Source: Chiloscyllium plagiosum
Taxonomy: Eukaryota
Assembly (NCBI RefSeq): GCF_004010195.1
Contig: NC_057719.1
Span: 56,622,606 to 56,686,605 of the forward strand
Direction of reading: 5' to 3'
DNA length: 64,000 bases
Shown here: piece by piece, positions 24,689 through 37,560 of the stretch
How the letters are laid out: the number at the start of each line of letters is the position of its first letter
How positions within the stretch are numbered: position 1 is the stretch's first letter
The notes under the pieces: model-generated
The model's input: only the letters and a program-made list of their open reading frames with translations
Databases searched by the model: none
What the model was told of the DNA's origin: nothing
Made by a program: the position numbers and the translations under genes

Positions 24689-25157
24689 GTCCATATTTAC
24701 CATGTTTACTGACAAAACAATGTTTAAGTAGGGAATTGCTACCTTTTAATTCTTTGCAATACTGTTTAAGAAGTGCCTCATAAATATAAAGTGTAAAATG
24801 TTTGTGTAAAATGTGTAAAATAAAGTGTTTGGATGTGGATTTAATATCTCTAAATCAGGAATTCAGTGCAGAGAGTGGATCTTGAGTGGATCTTTTGGAC
24901 TATAACCTGGTGTTGTGTGATTTTTAACTTTGATCTTGAGTCGGACTGTTCTGTGACGTGCTGTTAGTGCGTTAACAGAGTGATCCACTTGAAGACTTGT
25001 AAACCATAGGCTTTTTCCCTCTATGTTGAATGCGAACTTGTAAATATAGCACTGCAATTGCATCAGTAAGAAATATTAGCAGGAAAAATAACAGATAGAA
25101 AGCCTATTTTACTCTTGCAATTCATTGCCAGAATGTGTGTGAGCTTGGATTTGGTGT

Positions 25158-25330
25158 AACAAAACCAGAAATTGCTGGGAAACTCAGCAGCATCTGTGGA
25201 GAGAGAAACAGTCTCCAATCCGGTGACCCTTTTTCATTTCTGATAATCTCAGCTTTCTCTCCACAAGTTCTACTAGACCCGCCGAGTTTCCTCAGCACTT
25301 TCTTTTTTTGTTTCAGAGCCTTAGCAAACG
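25158..25330. mobile_element. Decayed PLE-end fold-back (family C)
   Basis: CAGAAATTGCTGGGAAACTCAGC..TGTGGAGAGA followed by its inverted copy; a similar relic lies at ~26470-26570. Confidence 0.55.
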
Positions 25331-25496
25331 CAGTTGTTTTTTCTGGATTTGCTGTGAACGTTGTCGACGGACCTAGACATGTTTGAGCAAGTGGCAGACA
25401 ACTCGAGTTAGAACAGATGGAGGTGTTAATAGGTGGCTGTGAAGGGTAAGTTACCCTGGTCTTTTGGAACTTACTTGGTTGCCTTTGAGTTTGAGA

Positions 25497-25643
25497 GGAA
25501 TTTCCCAGTTATTTTTCCTGAAATGACCAAAGGCCTTGCTGCATTTTTTTCTTTTGTTCAGGAGATTCCCTGTCGCGTGAGAGTATTCGGTAGCTCAGAG
25601 CTGTTCTAGGTGTGAGTCATTGTGGGTTGTACTGTTTCATTTC
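25497..25643. promoter_or_regulatory. Candidate distal NF-kB/AP-1/IRF enhancer
   Basis: GGGAAATTCC (minus, 25497-25506), GGGAATCTCC (minus, 25561-25570), TGAGTCA 25613-25619, GTTTCATTTC 25634-25643. Confidence 0.5.
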
Positions 25644-27162
25644 GTACGAATATTGCTCAGTTCCTGATTACACAATCACGCATGGTATTGAAAAGAATTA
25701 AAGCAAAGTAATATGCGTTTGTGTGTCAGTGTGTGGTGCATGCTCATGTGTGTGTTTCCAACGTGTATATGTGCTCTGCCAGTAAGGTGTTTATGCTTCT
25801 CTGTGGGCATTTCAATTGTAAAAGGTTGATCTCTTATTCTGAGTGCGTGACTCTTAGTTTCAGACTTTCAAGCCAGAAAATACATCTTCCTCTCGTCTGC
25901 CCTATCAAGAAATTTCTGTAGTTTAGTGAAATCTTTGTCATTCTTCTAAACTTCATAGAACGTAAATTGATTCTATCAGAGGAGAACCCTTCATTTGCTC
26001 TCTCTCTCAGAAGGCTAAAATTGCACACTACTCCAGGTATAGTCTCACTAAGGCTCTACATAATTATAGTGAGACTTCTTTAGTGTTATTACTCAATTTT
26101 TTTAATTAAGCAAAGCATACTATTTACTTTCATAGACAGAAAAACACCTGTGTTCTCATGGAAACTGGGCATTGTGGGGCTACCAACAACGAATGGACTG
26201 CATGGGTTCAAGAAAGCAGCTCACCAGCACCTTCTCAAGAGTAAAAAGGCAATAAATGCTGGCCCAGCCAGTGATGCTCATATCCCGTGATTGAATAAAA
26301 CTAAAACTAGACTAGATAAAACATAAATATTAAATTTATCCCTATTGTCATAACTATTTACTTCCATGCAAGTGTTTGATTTGTTTGTCTTAATGTGCAG
26401 AATTAGTGGCATTTATATTATGCAGTCATCATCAAATGAAAAGTACCAGTGTTCATTATATTTATGACCAACACAGAATGCTGGAGAAACTCAGTAGGTG
26501 GAGAGAGAGAGAGAAAAACAAGGTTAATTGTTCAAATCCAGTATGTTTTTTCAGCACTTTTTCATTTATAATTACCTATAGACTTATTATGGGATTTTCC
26601 TCTGACACTATCTGTGATTACAAACATATTGCCAACAGAGGGTCAGGGGCCTGTGTATAAAGAGCAGCGGCTATCCATTTCCTGAACTAGGCAGACTGAA
26701 GAAACTCGCCTGAGACACTTAGGGCTGGATTTTCAAAGCAGAGTTGGGAACCTAATATCTGGGCAATTCTGGGTCCTGATCCCATGCCTGAACAGCATTG
26801 CTGTATTCAGCAGGATAGGCCCAGATGTTCTGAGGGCTAAACAGTGATTTCTGAGCTGTTGATGGGAGCTGCGTGCAGTGAACCTGCAGAATCTCTGGCG
26901 TGACAGAATCTGACGGAATTGCCTGAAGATTCTGATGGGCAATTCCCTGTGCGTGGGACCCTCCAAAAGTACCTATTTAAATCGGAGAATTCAGAAGATT
27001 CCATTGTTGTGAAGTTCATCAAAAAATTAGACAAACAAAACTCGTCTAATTCTCCTGGTAATTATTAAAAAGCACGCCCTCCCCCGAACAACTTGCAATA
27101 CTCACCATCCCCCACAAACACACCTACCCCAGACTCCTTACAACTCCCCACCTAATAACCTT

Positions 27163-27485
27163 AGGGGCAGCACGGTGGCTCAGTGGTTAGCACTGCTGCC
27201 ACACAGTGCCAGAGATTCGGGTTCGATTCCAGCCTCAGACGACTGAATGTGTGGAGTTTGTACATTCTTCCCGTGTCTGTGTGGGTTTTCTCTGGGTGCT
27301 TTGGTTTCCTCCCACTGGTAAAGATGTGCGGGTTAGGTGAATTGGCCATGCTAAAGTGCCCATACGATGTGTAGTTAGGAATAAAAGTAGAGTAATGGGG
27401 AATGGGTTTGGGTGGGATACTCTTTGGAGGCTTAGTGTGGACTTGTGGGGCCGAAAGGCCTGTTTCTATACTGATGTGGTTCTTA
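27163..27485 (+). mobile_element. HE1-type SINE
   Basis: GGGGCAGCACGGTGGCTCAGTGGTTAGC A box, GGTTCGATTCC B box, HE1 core. Confidence 0.88.
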
Positions 27486-28394
27486 AACAAACGTCAGCTG
27501 ATGTCCCCCAGCAGGACAAATCAGGCTGTCTTCATTCCCAGAAGCAGAAATCTCATTCTCCTTCCAGAACCTGCAGCCCTCTTCCCCTGCCATGACAAGA
27601 CATCTTCCCCTCTGCCACAGAAACCAACACGTTCCCTCTCGCCTCTGGGACCTGACACCTGCCTGCTGCTGCTGAACATGACACACACTCCCCTCCCTGC
27701 TGGACTCAATAACCTACCCTAACCACTCAGTCATTTGCCCAGTACTCTTCCCACCTTATACCCTGGCACCCTAATACTTTACACACGTGGCATCTTGTTA
27801 CTTTGTGCACCTGGCACCCTATCCATCTGGCAACTAACCTCACCATGACCTTGTATACTTACCCTTTTGCGTGAGCTATCAACAGGGCTGTTTGTGCTGC
27901 TGAACATTTAATTCACAGAATAAAGGAACTACTACTGTGCAAAGGGGATGTGGTTTTCCTTCACCTAACTGTTTGCACTATGAGGGCACTGTTGGATTTA
28001 AAGTCCTCGCCACATTTCTGCATGAGCCATGAATAAAATCTCCTGCCAGAACCTTTTTAAAATAGGAGTGAAGTGGCAATCTACCTATGATTATCACTCC
28101 TCAGAAAGACTGGTGCATTATTTTTAATTTCAGATGGTCTAAGTGGCAAAAACAGATGGCAGCCTTGTTCGGGGCTGCCAGTGCCTTGCTAAAGCGACCA
28201 GGGAGATCCTCAAATGGACAACGGTATCAATGGGACTGGAAGGGGTCATATGAGAAATTTGAAATTCTATTACACACCCCAGCACAAGTAAATCTTGGAA
28301 ATAAAACAGGTAAAATCTAAGTTCAGTAAACTTTAATTGGCCTTTGAGCAAAGCTGGAAAATATGCACCAGTGAATGCTGAACTGTTCAGATTT

Positions 28395-28625
28395 TTAGAT
28401 TGGATTAGATTCCCTACAATGTGGAAACAGGCCCAACCAGTCCACACCAACCCTCCGAAGAGTAACCCACCCCTCTCTGACTAATGCACCTATCACTGTG
28501 GGCAGTTTAGCATGGCCAATTCACCTGACCTGCACATCTTTGGACTGTGGGAGAAAACTAGAGCACCCAAAGGAAACCCACGCAGACACAAGGAGACCAT
28601 GCAAACTCCACATAGCCACCAAGGC
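28395..28625 (-). mobile_element. HE1-type SINE, partial
   Basis: HE1 core and TTAGA tail; head missing. Confidence 0.8.
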
Positions 28626-28764
28626 TTTTCAATAAGAGAATTCAAAATACTCATAAGCCTTTGAAAGAAAGAAAATTAATCTCATCTCCGTATTAATGGG
28701 AAAACCCTGATGTTAAAACACTGACCTCAAATTCTAATTGATCGCAAATTAGGTTTTGTAGTAC

Positions 28765-29190
28765 CTGTAATGAGAGGATTGCCTCATGCGGAAAGGCTAT
28801 ACCTGCCAGTTTAAAAGAATCAGAGGTAACTTCATTGAAACATATAAGATCCTGAGGGGACTTGACATGTTGAAAGGATGTTGTAGGAGAATCTGGAACC
28901 AGGGATCTGGTTTAAAATAAAGTGCTCATTAAAACAGAGACAAGGAAGCATGTTTTCCTGTCAGAGGGTTGTGAGATTTTGAAATTACCTTCCTGAAAAG
29001 GCAGTGGATGCAAAATCTTTAAATATTTTCAAGGCAGAGATAGGTAGTTTCTTGATTACTAAGGGAGCAAAAGATTATTAGGGAAATGCAGGAATGTATA
29101 GTTAAAGTCAGATCAGTCATGATCTTATTGATTGACAACAAGCTCAAAGGTCTGAGTCACCTATTCTTATTCCTTGTCTGTATGTTCTAG
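28765..29190 (+). mobile_element. Old CR1 3' fragment
   Basis: FKRIRGNFIETYKILRGLD..FLSEGCE remnant and CR1-type 3' UTR. Confidence 0.6.
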
Positions 29191-29606
29191 ATTCTCAATC
29201 AACATAGCTTTTGGCCTCATTAGCAACATAGCATGTTCTCAGGGGGAAATAAGGCATCACTGGGAACATTAAACAATGTCAATGATCAAGACAGAAAAAT
29301 ATACTAACAATGCTGTGAATTTATGTAGCATCGTTCGTGGAGTGTAACCTCCCAGAGTGACTCACTGATGTGTTATCCGATAGCAATTGACACTGGACCC
29401 AAGGAGGTATTATTTGGAGCACCTTAAAGGAGAAAGAGGGGGAAGAACAGGAGAAATTTAATGAGGGGATTCCAGAGTTTAGGGCCACAACATCTGAAGG
29501 CATGGGTGGAGCGAAGGAGGTGGAGATGCAGATAATGGGAGCTAGCAGAATGAAAATCAGGGAAACTACAGAGAAATCATTGCCACTCTGGGTTACCTGG
29601 ACAAAG

Positions 29607-29687
29607 CTGAAAATGTGTTGCTGGAAAAGCGCAGCAGGTCAGGCAGCATCCAAGGAACAGGAGAATCGACGTTTCGGACATAAGCCC
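29607..29687 (-). mobile_element. 81-bp PLE mini-insertion
   Basis: 14-bp TSD TTACCTGGACAAAG at 29593-29606 and 29688-29701; 5' end lies at hammerhead stem II. Confidence 0.88.
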
Positions 29688-30769
29688 TTACCTGGACAAA
29701 GGCAATCAAGTACATACGCTGCCCACTGCCCATCTATCCCAACCAGGCCTAAATCGGACCAAGTTAGTGCAAATTCTGGATTGTTCAATTAATAGAAACA
29801 ATGGCGAATCTCATGGCTCACCCTAACCATCAGTTTATTTGCAGTTGGAGGAGGACATGTATAATATACCAGATGGCTCCTCACCCACTTCACACTTGCC
29901 CTTGAGCTGTCCCCCATAAGAGGGTGGGAGGGATAATCATCAACCAGCTAATTAATGGCCAGTTAAAGACCTCAGTCCACTGAAACAGCCAGAGAGGCTG
30001 TGTTTGGGGCAGGAGGCCAGCCAATTCTTTCAAACTTCAGGTTAAAAGTTGCATGTTTGTGGCTGGCTTATACCCCAGAGTGCCCTCACCAAGATGGTAC
30101 TTAACCTTTATGCCTCCTAAACCCCAGTTACCAGAACCTAACCCTTTTTCCCCTCTCCCCACTGGGGTCCCTGATCACTTTCCTTTCTATAAGCATTGGC
30201 ATTAACTTGGTACCAATGCTGTCTTTTATTCCAATACTGCCTTATAATCTCCAGAATGGCTATTATTTGCTTTTGGCATTATCGACTTTGCTGCTTGCTA
30301 ATCAGAATAACTAGCTACTCTCGAGAGTGAGGCCCTCATTTCTCGAGGGGCTGAGGACCTGCTCTCAACCTGTTATGGAATGGAACAATCTGGCATCAAG
30401 CTAGACACTGGACACAACAACAGCCCTGTTGACTCTGCAAAGTCCTCGCCACCAACATCTGGGGGGTTATTGAGAAAATATGGGGGAGCTGTCTCTCAGA
30501 TTAACCAAGAAACAGCCCAAAATAGCCATATTCGTGGAATCATAACTTATAGACCACATACATTCCCTACTGGCAGAACAGACCAAGCAGAGATGATAGC
30601 ACTGTAGTATACAGGAGGAAGGAGGGAGTTGCCCTGGACGCCTTCAACATTGACTCTGGACCCCATGAAGTCGCATGGCATTTTGTCAAAGAAGGGCAAG
30701 GAAATCTTTTGCTGATTACCACATACTCCACTTTCCCCCACCCACCAGTTTATAATCAATGTTCCTCCA

Positions 30770-31035
30770 TGTTGCACATGATTTGAATTCAATAGCAAAT
30801 GTGGTATTAAGAGTCTAATGGTGACCTTGAATCCATTGTCAATTGTCGGGAAAACCCAACTGATTCAATAATGCCCTTTATGGAAGGAAACTGTCATCCT
30901 TACCTTGTCTGGCCTACATGTAACTCCAGACCTACAGCAATGTGGTGGACTCTTAACTGCCCTTTGGACAATTAGTGATGGACAATAAATGCAGGCCTAG
31001 TCAGAGACAGCCTTGTCCCATGAATGAATAAAAAA
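30770..31035 (+). mobile_element. Older SINE sharing its 3' tail with the old LINE
   Basis: Tail GGACAATAAATGCAGGCCTAG..CCCATGAATGAATAAAAAA; related copy at ~55195-55480; sits inside an endonuclease-like LINE remnant ~30400-31320. Confidence 0.55.
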
Positions 31036-32667
31036 GAACACTTCAAGGAAGCACTGATGGTGGTAAGACTACTCTAGGTGGGGGAATTCAAAGTCCACCA
31101 TCAAGAGTATCTTGGCTGCAGTATTACCAACTGAGCTGGTCAAGGCCTAAAGGACTCAGTCTGCATCAGGTGGTGATGAAACCAACAAGAGGGAGAAACG
31201 TACTTGATCTGATCCTTACCAATCTGCTGCTTGCAGATGCATTTGTCCATGACAGTATCAGTAAGGTGACCACTGCATAGTCCTTGTGGAGACAAAGTCT
31301 ATCATGTTGTGAAGCACTATCACTGTGCTAAATGCAACAGACATCAACTGGGATGGGGAGTAGGATATGGTGTAATCAGCAGATGTTTCCTGGCCCATGT
31401 TTGATTTGATGCCATGAAACTCAATGGGGTCGAGAGTCAATATTGAGGACTCACAGAGCAACTCCCTCTTTCCTCCCTCCCACCTTCAGTAAAATTCATC
31501 CCATTATAAATACTTGTTCAATGAGCAAACCTTTCTATAAGCTCCATGAGCAATAGAAGGTTATTGATATCCAGCAAATGATTAATAAACAGCACCTGAT
31601 ATTCTGAGCAATGCTCACTGCAATTCATATCAACGTTAAGTGTATAGTGGATATCTTCATATTCCAGTGGGATGCCCAATGCTTTGCTCTCTGAAGCAGA
31701 GAGCCAATAGATTTGATCCCAACGGCAACGGGCAACAAATGACCTGGCAAGGCCATGGAGGGAATATTCTGGACATCCTAGCAGAACAATGCATTGAGAT
31801 AGCTCCCTAAGGGTGTCCAACAATATATTTGCGCCATGTCTAAAACAGCTCAGACTAATCTGACCTCAACCTTGCAGGGAAGTACCTTCAGCCTGAACTG
31901 GACCAGTTTGTATTACCACATCCTGCCATTGCTGTCTCATCTCAGAGCTGATAAGTGAACAGCACAAGCCTGGATAACCATAGGGCTCTCTCTGTGCCAT
32001 GAGCCCTACCAAGGGACATATAAGTGGGACCCTACTTGGAGATATTTGTAAGTGGATGTAGAAGCACCAGTAATTGTTTAGAAAATGGGAATGGACTTCG
32101 ATTCATTCAATATACATTTGCTGTAGCAAGAACATTGACCTCATTTGCTTTAGACTACATTTAAAGGAAGGGCACTCATCAGATGTACCGTTAACCAAAC
32201 ATGGTAATATTCAGGAAACCAGCTATCATTCACCATCAAAAAGTGTGAAACTCTGCTGCAACAACCAGATTTAACTATTTGAACTCTGAGAAATTCACGT
32301 AGAATTGAAGGTAAGAGTAGGGGGAGTCATTGACGTTTTAGCACTGTGTATGACAGTCAACAATAAAAGTTTGCTGTATTTCTCTGTAGTTTATAGATTA
32401 GGAGCGTGGGAATAGTCTTAAAACGGCAAAAAGAGAGCCCTTCTGTCCACGTTCACTTGTTCATGAGTGCGTGATGTGATTAACATTTGCTTCAAATGTA
32501 TTGCTGTGTAATGAATGACAGAATACAGTACAGTATTTGCATTTTCAGACCATGTTCAATAAACTACTGGCAATGTGTCTGAAAACATTCCCAGTCACGT
32601 ACACTCAGGAAAGAAGCTGTGAAACCAGTGAGGCTCAGCAAACAGCCAACACCAAGACTTCATTTTT

Positions 32668-32699
32668 CACCATCTAGTGGCCACAAGGCTGAACAGCAG
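32668..32699 (-). promoter_or_regulatory. CTCF motif with upstream module
   Basis: Minus: CTGCTGTTCA-GCCTTG-TGGCCACTAGATGGTG. Confidence 0.62.
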
Positions 32700-33949
32700 G
32701 ACTCAGAAAATATCTCTCAAAACCACATTAGCCCAGATCTTCCAAAAGGTTATTGTAATAATGTTTGATTGAAAACACATAGAAATCCCAATGCAGCTGA
32801 TTCCACTGGAATTGCCTGGGAAGTTAAAACTTCTGATGGATAATTCTTTGCTGTCTGAAACCTTCAAAACAAGTACCCAACTTTGAGTTAGAATTGGAGA
32901 CTTCAGATATTCTGACATACTGACCTGAACAGTTATCCAGGAAATGATATGAAATAAAACCTGCTTCGATTCTTGCGTAACTATTAAACTAGGAAAAAGT
33001 GAGCCCACCAACTCAACTATGATATCCCCCTCATCTCCTCACCTTGACTCCTGCAACACATTCTCCAGGTCCCAAATCATCAGACTTGATATCTTCTCCA
33101 GACTCAATGTCCTCCCTACCTTGGTCCTCACACCCACTGAACGCAACACTCATCAGATACAGCATTCCTATTTGTGGACCTGACAGTGCCCCCTGACCTT
33201 CACTTAATACTGCAAACTGATAGCCCACCAGCCTGAACTCCCCTACTCAAATCTCCCACCTTGAATCGGAAACCCTCCTATTTCCCTGACAGACACAACT
33301 CACTCCTTTCCCCCAGTAGGCTCTGCCTTGACCTGCTGTCAGTACGGATCCACGTACCTGCCACCCTCCATCCCACCCACCTGTCACCTATCCCTCCACA
33401 ACCTGACCTTCTGACAGTGGTTGTCAAAGTGGCTACAGACCTTTGAACCACAGATCTGGTCCTATGCTACAGAGAAAGAGGGAATGCTTTCAGTGCCCAT
33501 TCTCTTCATTCCTTCTTTCATAGAACCAGGTTGGAGAATTCATGCCACATTTCCCAGTGTTTCATGAGTGCCTGAATGGCAGGTACAGTGCATTAGAAAT
33601 ATAGATGCAGACCCGTTCTACTTTGTTCCATATCCCTTATCTTCAAGTTCTAGGTTATGTTCTTGTTGAGGGGATTAGTGCCTTATTGTGGCAGGAGCAG
33701 CTATTGGTATTTAAACCAGCAGTTATGTTTCCATTGGGATAACTTGGAATATAAGGAAAGGGGTCTCAGTAGAAACCTGCTTAACCGCTGTTACTACTAT
33801 TGTGCTTACAGGTTACAGCTGAACTCAGATTACAGGATAGGAATCCATTTTGGCAATGTTGTCTTTTATTGAAAACTGCAATCATCTGCATATGAAACCT
33901 TTATCATTGATAGCAGTATTGGAACAATGTAGAAAATTATCTGAGTCCG

Positions 33950-34710
33950 TTCCGTTTGCATTAATCAGGATTGACAGTTAAGTAGCTGGACTGCAGATTC
34001 ATGCTTCTTCTGCCTTCTAATAGCTAATCAATCTCCTAATCAGGTCAATAACTTCCCTTCCATTCCATGCGCTTTCATTCTGGATAAGGATCTATCTTAT
34101 GGAACCTTATCAAATGTCTTGTCTGTCCTTTTTAAAGTGCCATTGTTTTGATTTTTGTTTCCACAAATTTCCAAAACAATACAACAGCTTATAAGACAGT
34201 AATTAGGGCTCCTAGAATTCAAGGAGATCAGCTCTTCCATAGATTAATCGCAGTTACCTCCATCGAGACCCCTCTGTGTATTCTTTAGCTACTAATTGAA
34301 TTGGATTTATTCAACATAACCTGCCCGTTACAAATCCATGTTCACACACTCTCTCTAATCAACTCCAGTTTCTCTAATTACTTAGTCACTCTATTCTTAT
34401 GGAATGCCCTACAATAGATGTTAGACTGACAGCTCTATATTTTCCTGATTTCTCTTTCACCTTTATTAAATAGTGGAGTCATGATTCAAGGTTGATAAGG
34501 GGGAAGTGTTGGATAGACTGTCTGTGCCAATTAAAATGGACAAGGACCTAGGAGCAGATGAGATGTATGCAAGGACACTGAAGGAAGTGAGAGTGGAGAT
34601 TGTGGAGGAACTGACTATAAGCTTTCTGTTTTCCTTCAACTCTGGCATGGGCCCAACTGACTGCGGAATTGCAAACAACACACTCTTGTTCAAAAAAAGA
34701 TGTAAGGATT
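33950..34710. mobile_element. Old CR1 fragments in opposite orientations
   Basis: Minus RT remnant ~33950-34450; plus LGADEMYARTLKEVRVEIVEEL ~34480-34710. Confidence 0.55.
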
Positions 34711-35329
34711 GTTGAGAAGATTCTGCATATTTATTTGAGGATTTAAGTTTTGAAAGAAAGTTGAAACATTTATTTGTTACAAGATTTTGGAAATACCTAA
34801 AGAGGTTTCTTTAATGGAAGTCATTAAAAGGTCTCTGTAGACATTGGAAACTTTCTTCACAAAACTTTTTAGATATCACATGATTGGTGATAACTGCTGG
34901 CTTTTTCATTGACTTTTCTGGGGCTGTTTCAGCAGCGACTACTTGGGGAGAGTACATTAGATTCCGAAATGAATTGGAGCATAAGGTAAGAAGCCAGCCA
35001 GGAAAGGTAGTTCAGTTGATCTCTCCCAATTCTGAGAAAAAACCCCTCTTGTTCAGTTTGGGATGAATTCTCTTTGCTATTTGCCATTGAAGAAATATCT
35101 CAATTTTGCATTTCCTGATCAAGCTGTTTCAGAAAGATGCCAGAGATGATTAATGCCTTGACCACATATGCCAGGACCTCAGAGTGAAGACCTCAGAATG
35201 CTCAATCAATTAGCCTTTTTGCCTTCAAGAACAACTTCTGACCAAAGTGTTTTTATTTTCAGAAGGCCAACCTCAGATTTGCAAAGTGTTATGGCACAAA
35301 AGGAGAACGTTACAACTCATAATCTTGCA

Positions 35330-36050
35330 CATTACCTCTATCCAAATAATCATTCAGCACGCTCTTTAATGCCTCAATTGAGCCTGCCTCCACCACACTT
35401 CCGGCAGTGCATTCCAGACCCTAATTAATTGCTGAGTGAAACAAATCTCACCTCTCATTTGCTTCTTTTGCAAATCATTGTAAATCTGTTCTCTCTTGTT
35501 CCTGGTCCTTTTACAAGTGGGAACAATTTGGCCCTGTCTACTCTCTCCAGCGTCTCATGAGTTGGAGAGCTTTGTCAGATCTTCTCTAAGCCTATGTCTC
35601 TCCAAAGGAAACATTCCCAATTTCTTCAATCTGTCCTCATAATTTAAATTTCTTTTCTCTGAAGTCATGTCATAAATCAGTTCTGCACTGTCTCCAATTT
35701 GTTCTCACCCTTCTTATAATGTGACACTCCAGCTGAGGTCTAACAAGTATATTATACAAGTTCAGCATCATCTCTTCGCTCTGGAACTGTATATCCCTAT
35801 TAATAAAACCAAGTGCACTGTAGATATCTTTGATCAACATGTTCTGGCATGTTACGATATGTGTCTGGGACAGGGTGAGATTTGAACCCAGGCAGTCTGT
35901 TCAGAGATAGGGATGCTACCATTGTGCTGCAAACCCCTCACTGTCAAGAACATTATATGCTCCATTGATCGCCTTTTCAACCTGTCCTTCCACTTTCAGT
36001 TACCTGTGCATATGTATACCTAGGTCCCTCAGTTCCTCCAGTCTCTTAGA
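35330..36050 (-). mobile_element. Old CR1 3' fragment with nested tRNA-SINE (35820-35940)
   Basis: CR1 C-terminal remnant; the nested SINE matches the copy at 51080-51200. Confidence 0.55.
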
Positions 36051-36489
36051 TTTGTACCCCCTGCTTTGTATTGTCTTTATCGTACCCACTATTTTATATT
36101 GTTTTCACAGAAAAATCTATTTTATCCTCATCCTGAAATGTCTGCATGGGATATTTAGCAGACAAACACATATACTTTTATATTACTGACTGATTATGTT
36201 AACCAAATATTGAATCTTCATTGAATATATTTTGCATTGATAATAAACCAATTTTTAAATCGTGCTTGTTAAGAAACCAGGTTGGTAGATTTTTTTTTGC
36301 TTTAAACCTAATATGAGATAATCTATTTAATTGGCCATCTCTGTAACCGGAAAGATAATTATTTGTTGTGATCCCATGGAGTAGTGAGACTAGAGTAAAA
36401 ATGCATTCCCACCAGCCTTGGTTGTAAAAGGACAAACACAGCAATTACAGAGCAAACAGTTTAATCTCTTTGGTGGAAAAAGTTTTAGA

Positions 36490-37560
36490 AACAATAGTTC
36501 TGGAGTAAGTTAATAATTACTTGGACGAATGTAGGCTTAATAAGAAGGGTAGGTATGGTTTTCTTTCTGGAAAATTGAATGTAATTAACTTGCTGAAGAG
36601 TTTTGAGGAGGTAACAGAGAGGGTTGATAAGGGTAATGCTGTTGATGTGGTGTATATGGCCTGCTAAAAGGTATTTGATAGAGTCCTGCACAATACACTT
36701 GTGAGAAAAGTTGGAGCCTGTAGAATAACAGGGACAGTACTCAAGTGGATACAAAATTGGCTGAGTGATAGGAAACAGTAAGTAACAGTTAATCGATACC
36801 TTTTGGGCTGGAAGAAGGTTTGCCATAGTTTACCCTGGGGTTGATATTGTGACCCTTGTTTTTCCTGATATATATTAAAATCTCTTCCTGAGGGGGTTGG
36901 TGCAGGGATAATTTCAAAATTTTTGTATGATACAAAACTTGGAGGCATTGTGAACTGAGTAGGATAGTGTAGAACATCAAAAGAATGTTGATAAGTTGAT
37001 GGAGTGGGCTGATGAAGTTTAATGCAGAGAAAGCAACATTTAAGAGGCATGTGGGTGGGTATATGAATAGGAAGAGTTTGGAGGGATATGGGCTGGGTAC
37101 TGGCAGGTGGGACTAGATTGGGTTGAGATATCTGGTCAGCATGAACAGGTTGGACTGAAGGATCTGTTTCCATGCTGTGCATCTCTATGACTCTATGACT
37201 CTATAAGCGTGATGTGATATATTTTGGTGGAAAAACACCAAAGAGACAGTAGAAGATAAAAGTGTGTAGGAACAGTGAAGCCAGGGTGTATCTATGTGCT
37301 TAAGTCAAAAAAGGTGGAAGGAAAGGTAGAGAGAGCTGTTAATAAAAAATTTGGTAATCTAAACTTTGATGATATGTTTTATGTGGTAAAGAGCAGGTAG
37401 GTTATGCCAAACTTATGTGAGACACTAGTTAGAGGAGTATTGGAGGTGACAGCAAAGAGTAGATTTGATAGAAGTCTTCAAAATCTTGACAGATCGAAGC
37501 AGCGTAGGGGGAAAACTGTTCCCACACCTGAAAGGATCAAGAACATAAGGGCACATCTAC
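36490..37560 (+). mobile_element. Old CR1 RT fragment containing a younger CR1 3' end (37031-37204)
   Basis: FEEVTERVDKGNAVDVVY..; the younger piece ends in (CTCTATGA)n and closely matches 2503-2675. Confidence 0.75.

Noticed and set aside
25379..25456. Possible plus-strand first exon with donor G|GTAAGT and palindrome GGGTAAGTTACCC
   Set aside because: No recognisable protein and no downstream exon found.
31560..32050. Possible Vingi/Ingi LINE remnant
   Set aside because: Similarity is too decayed to support.
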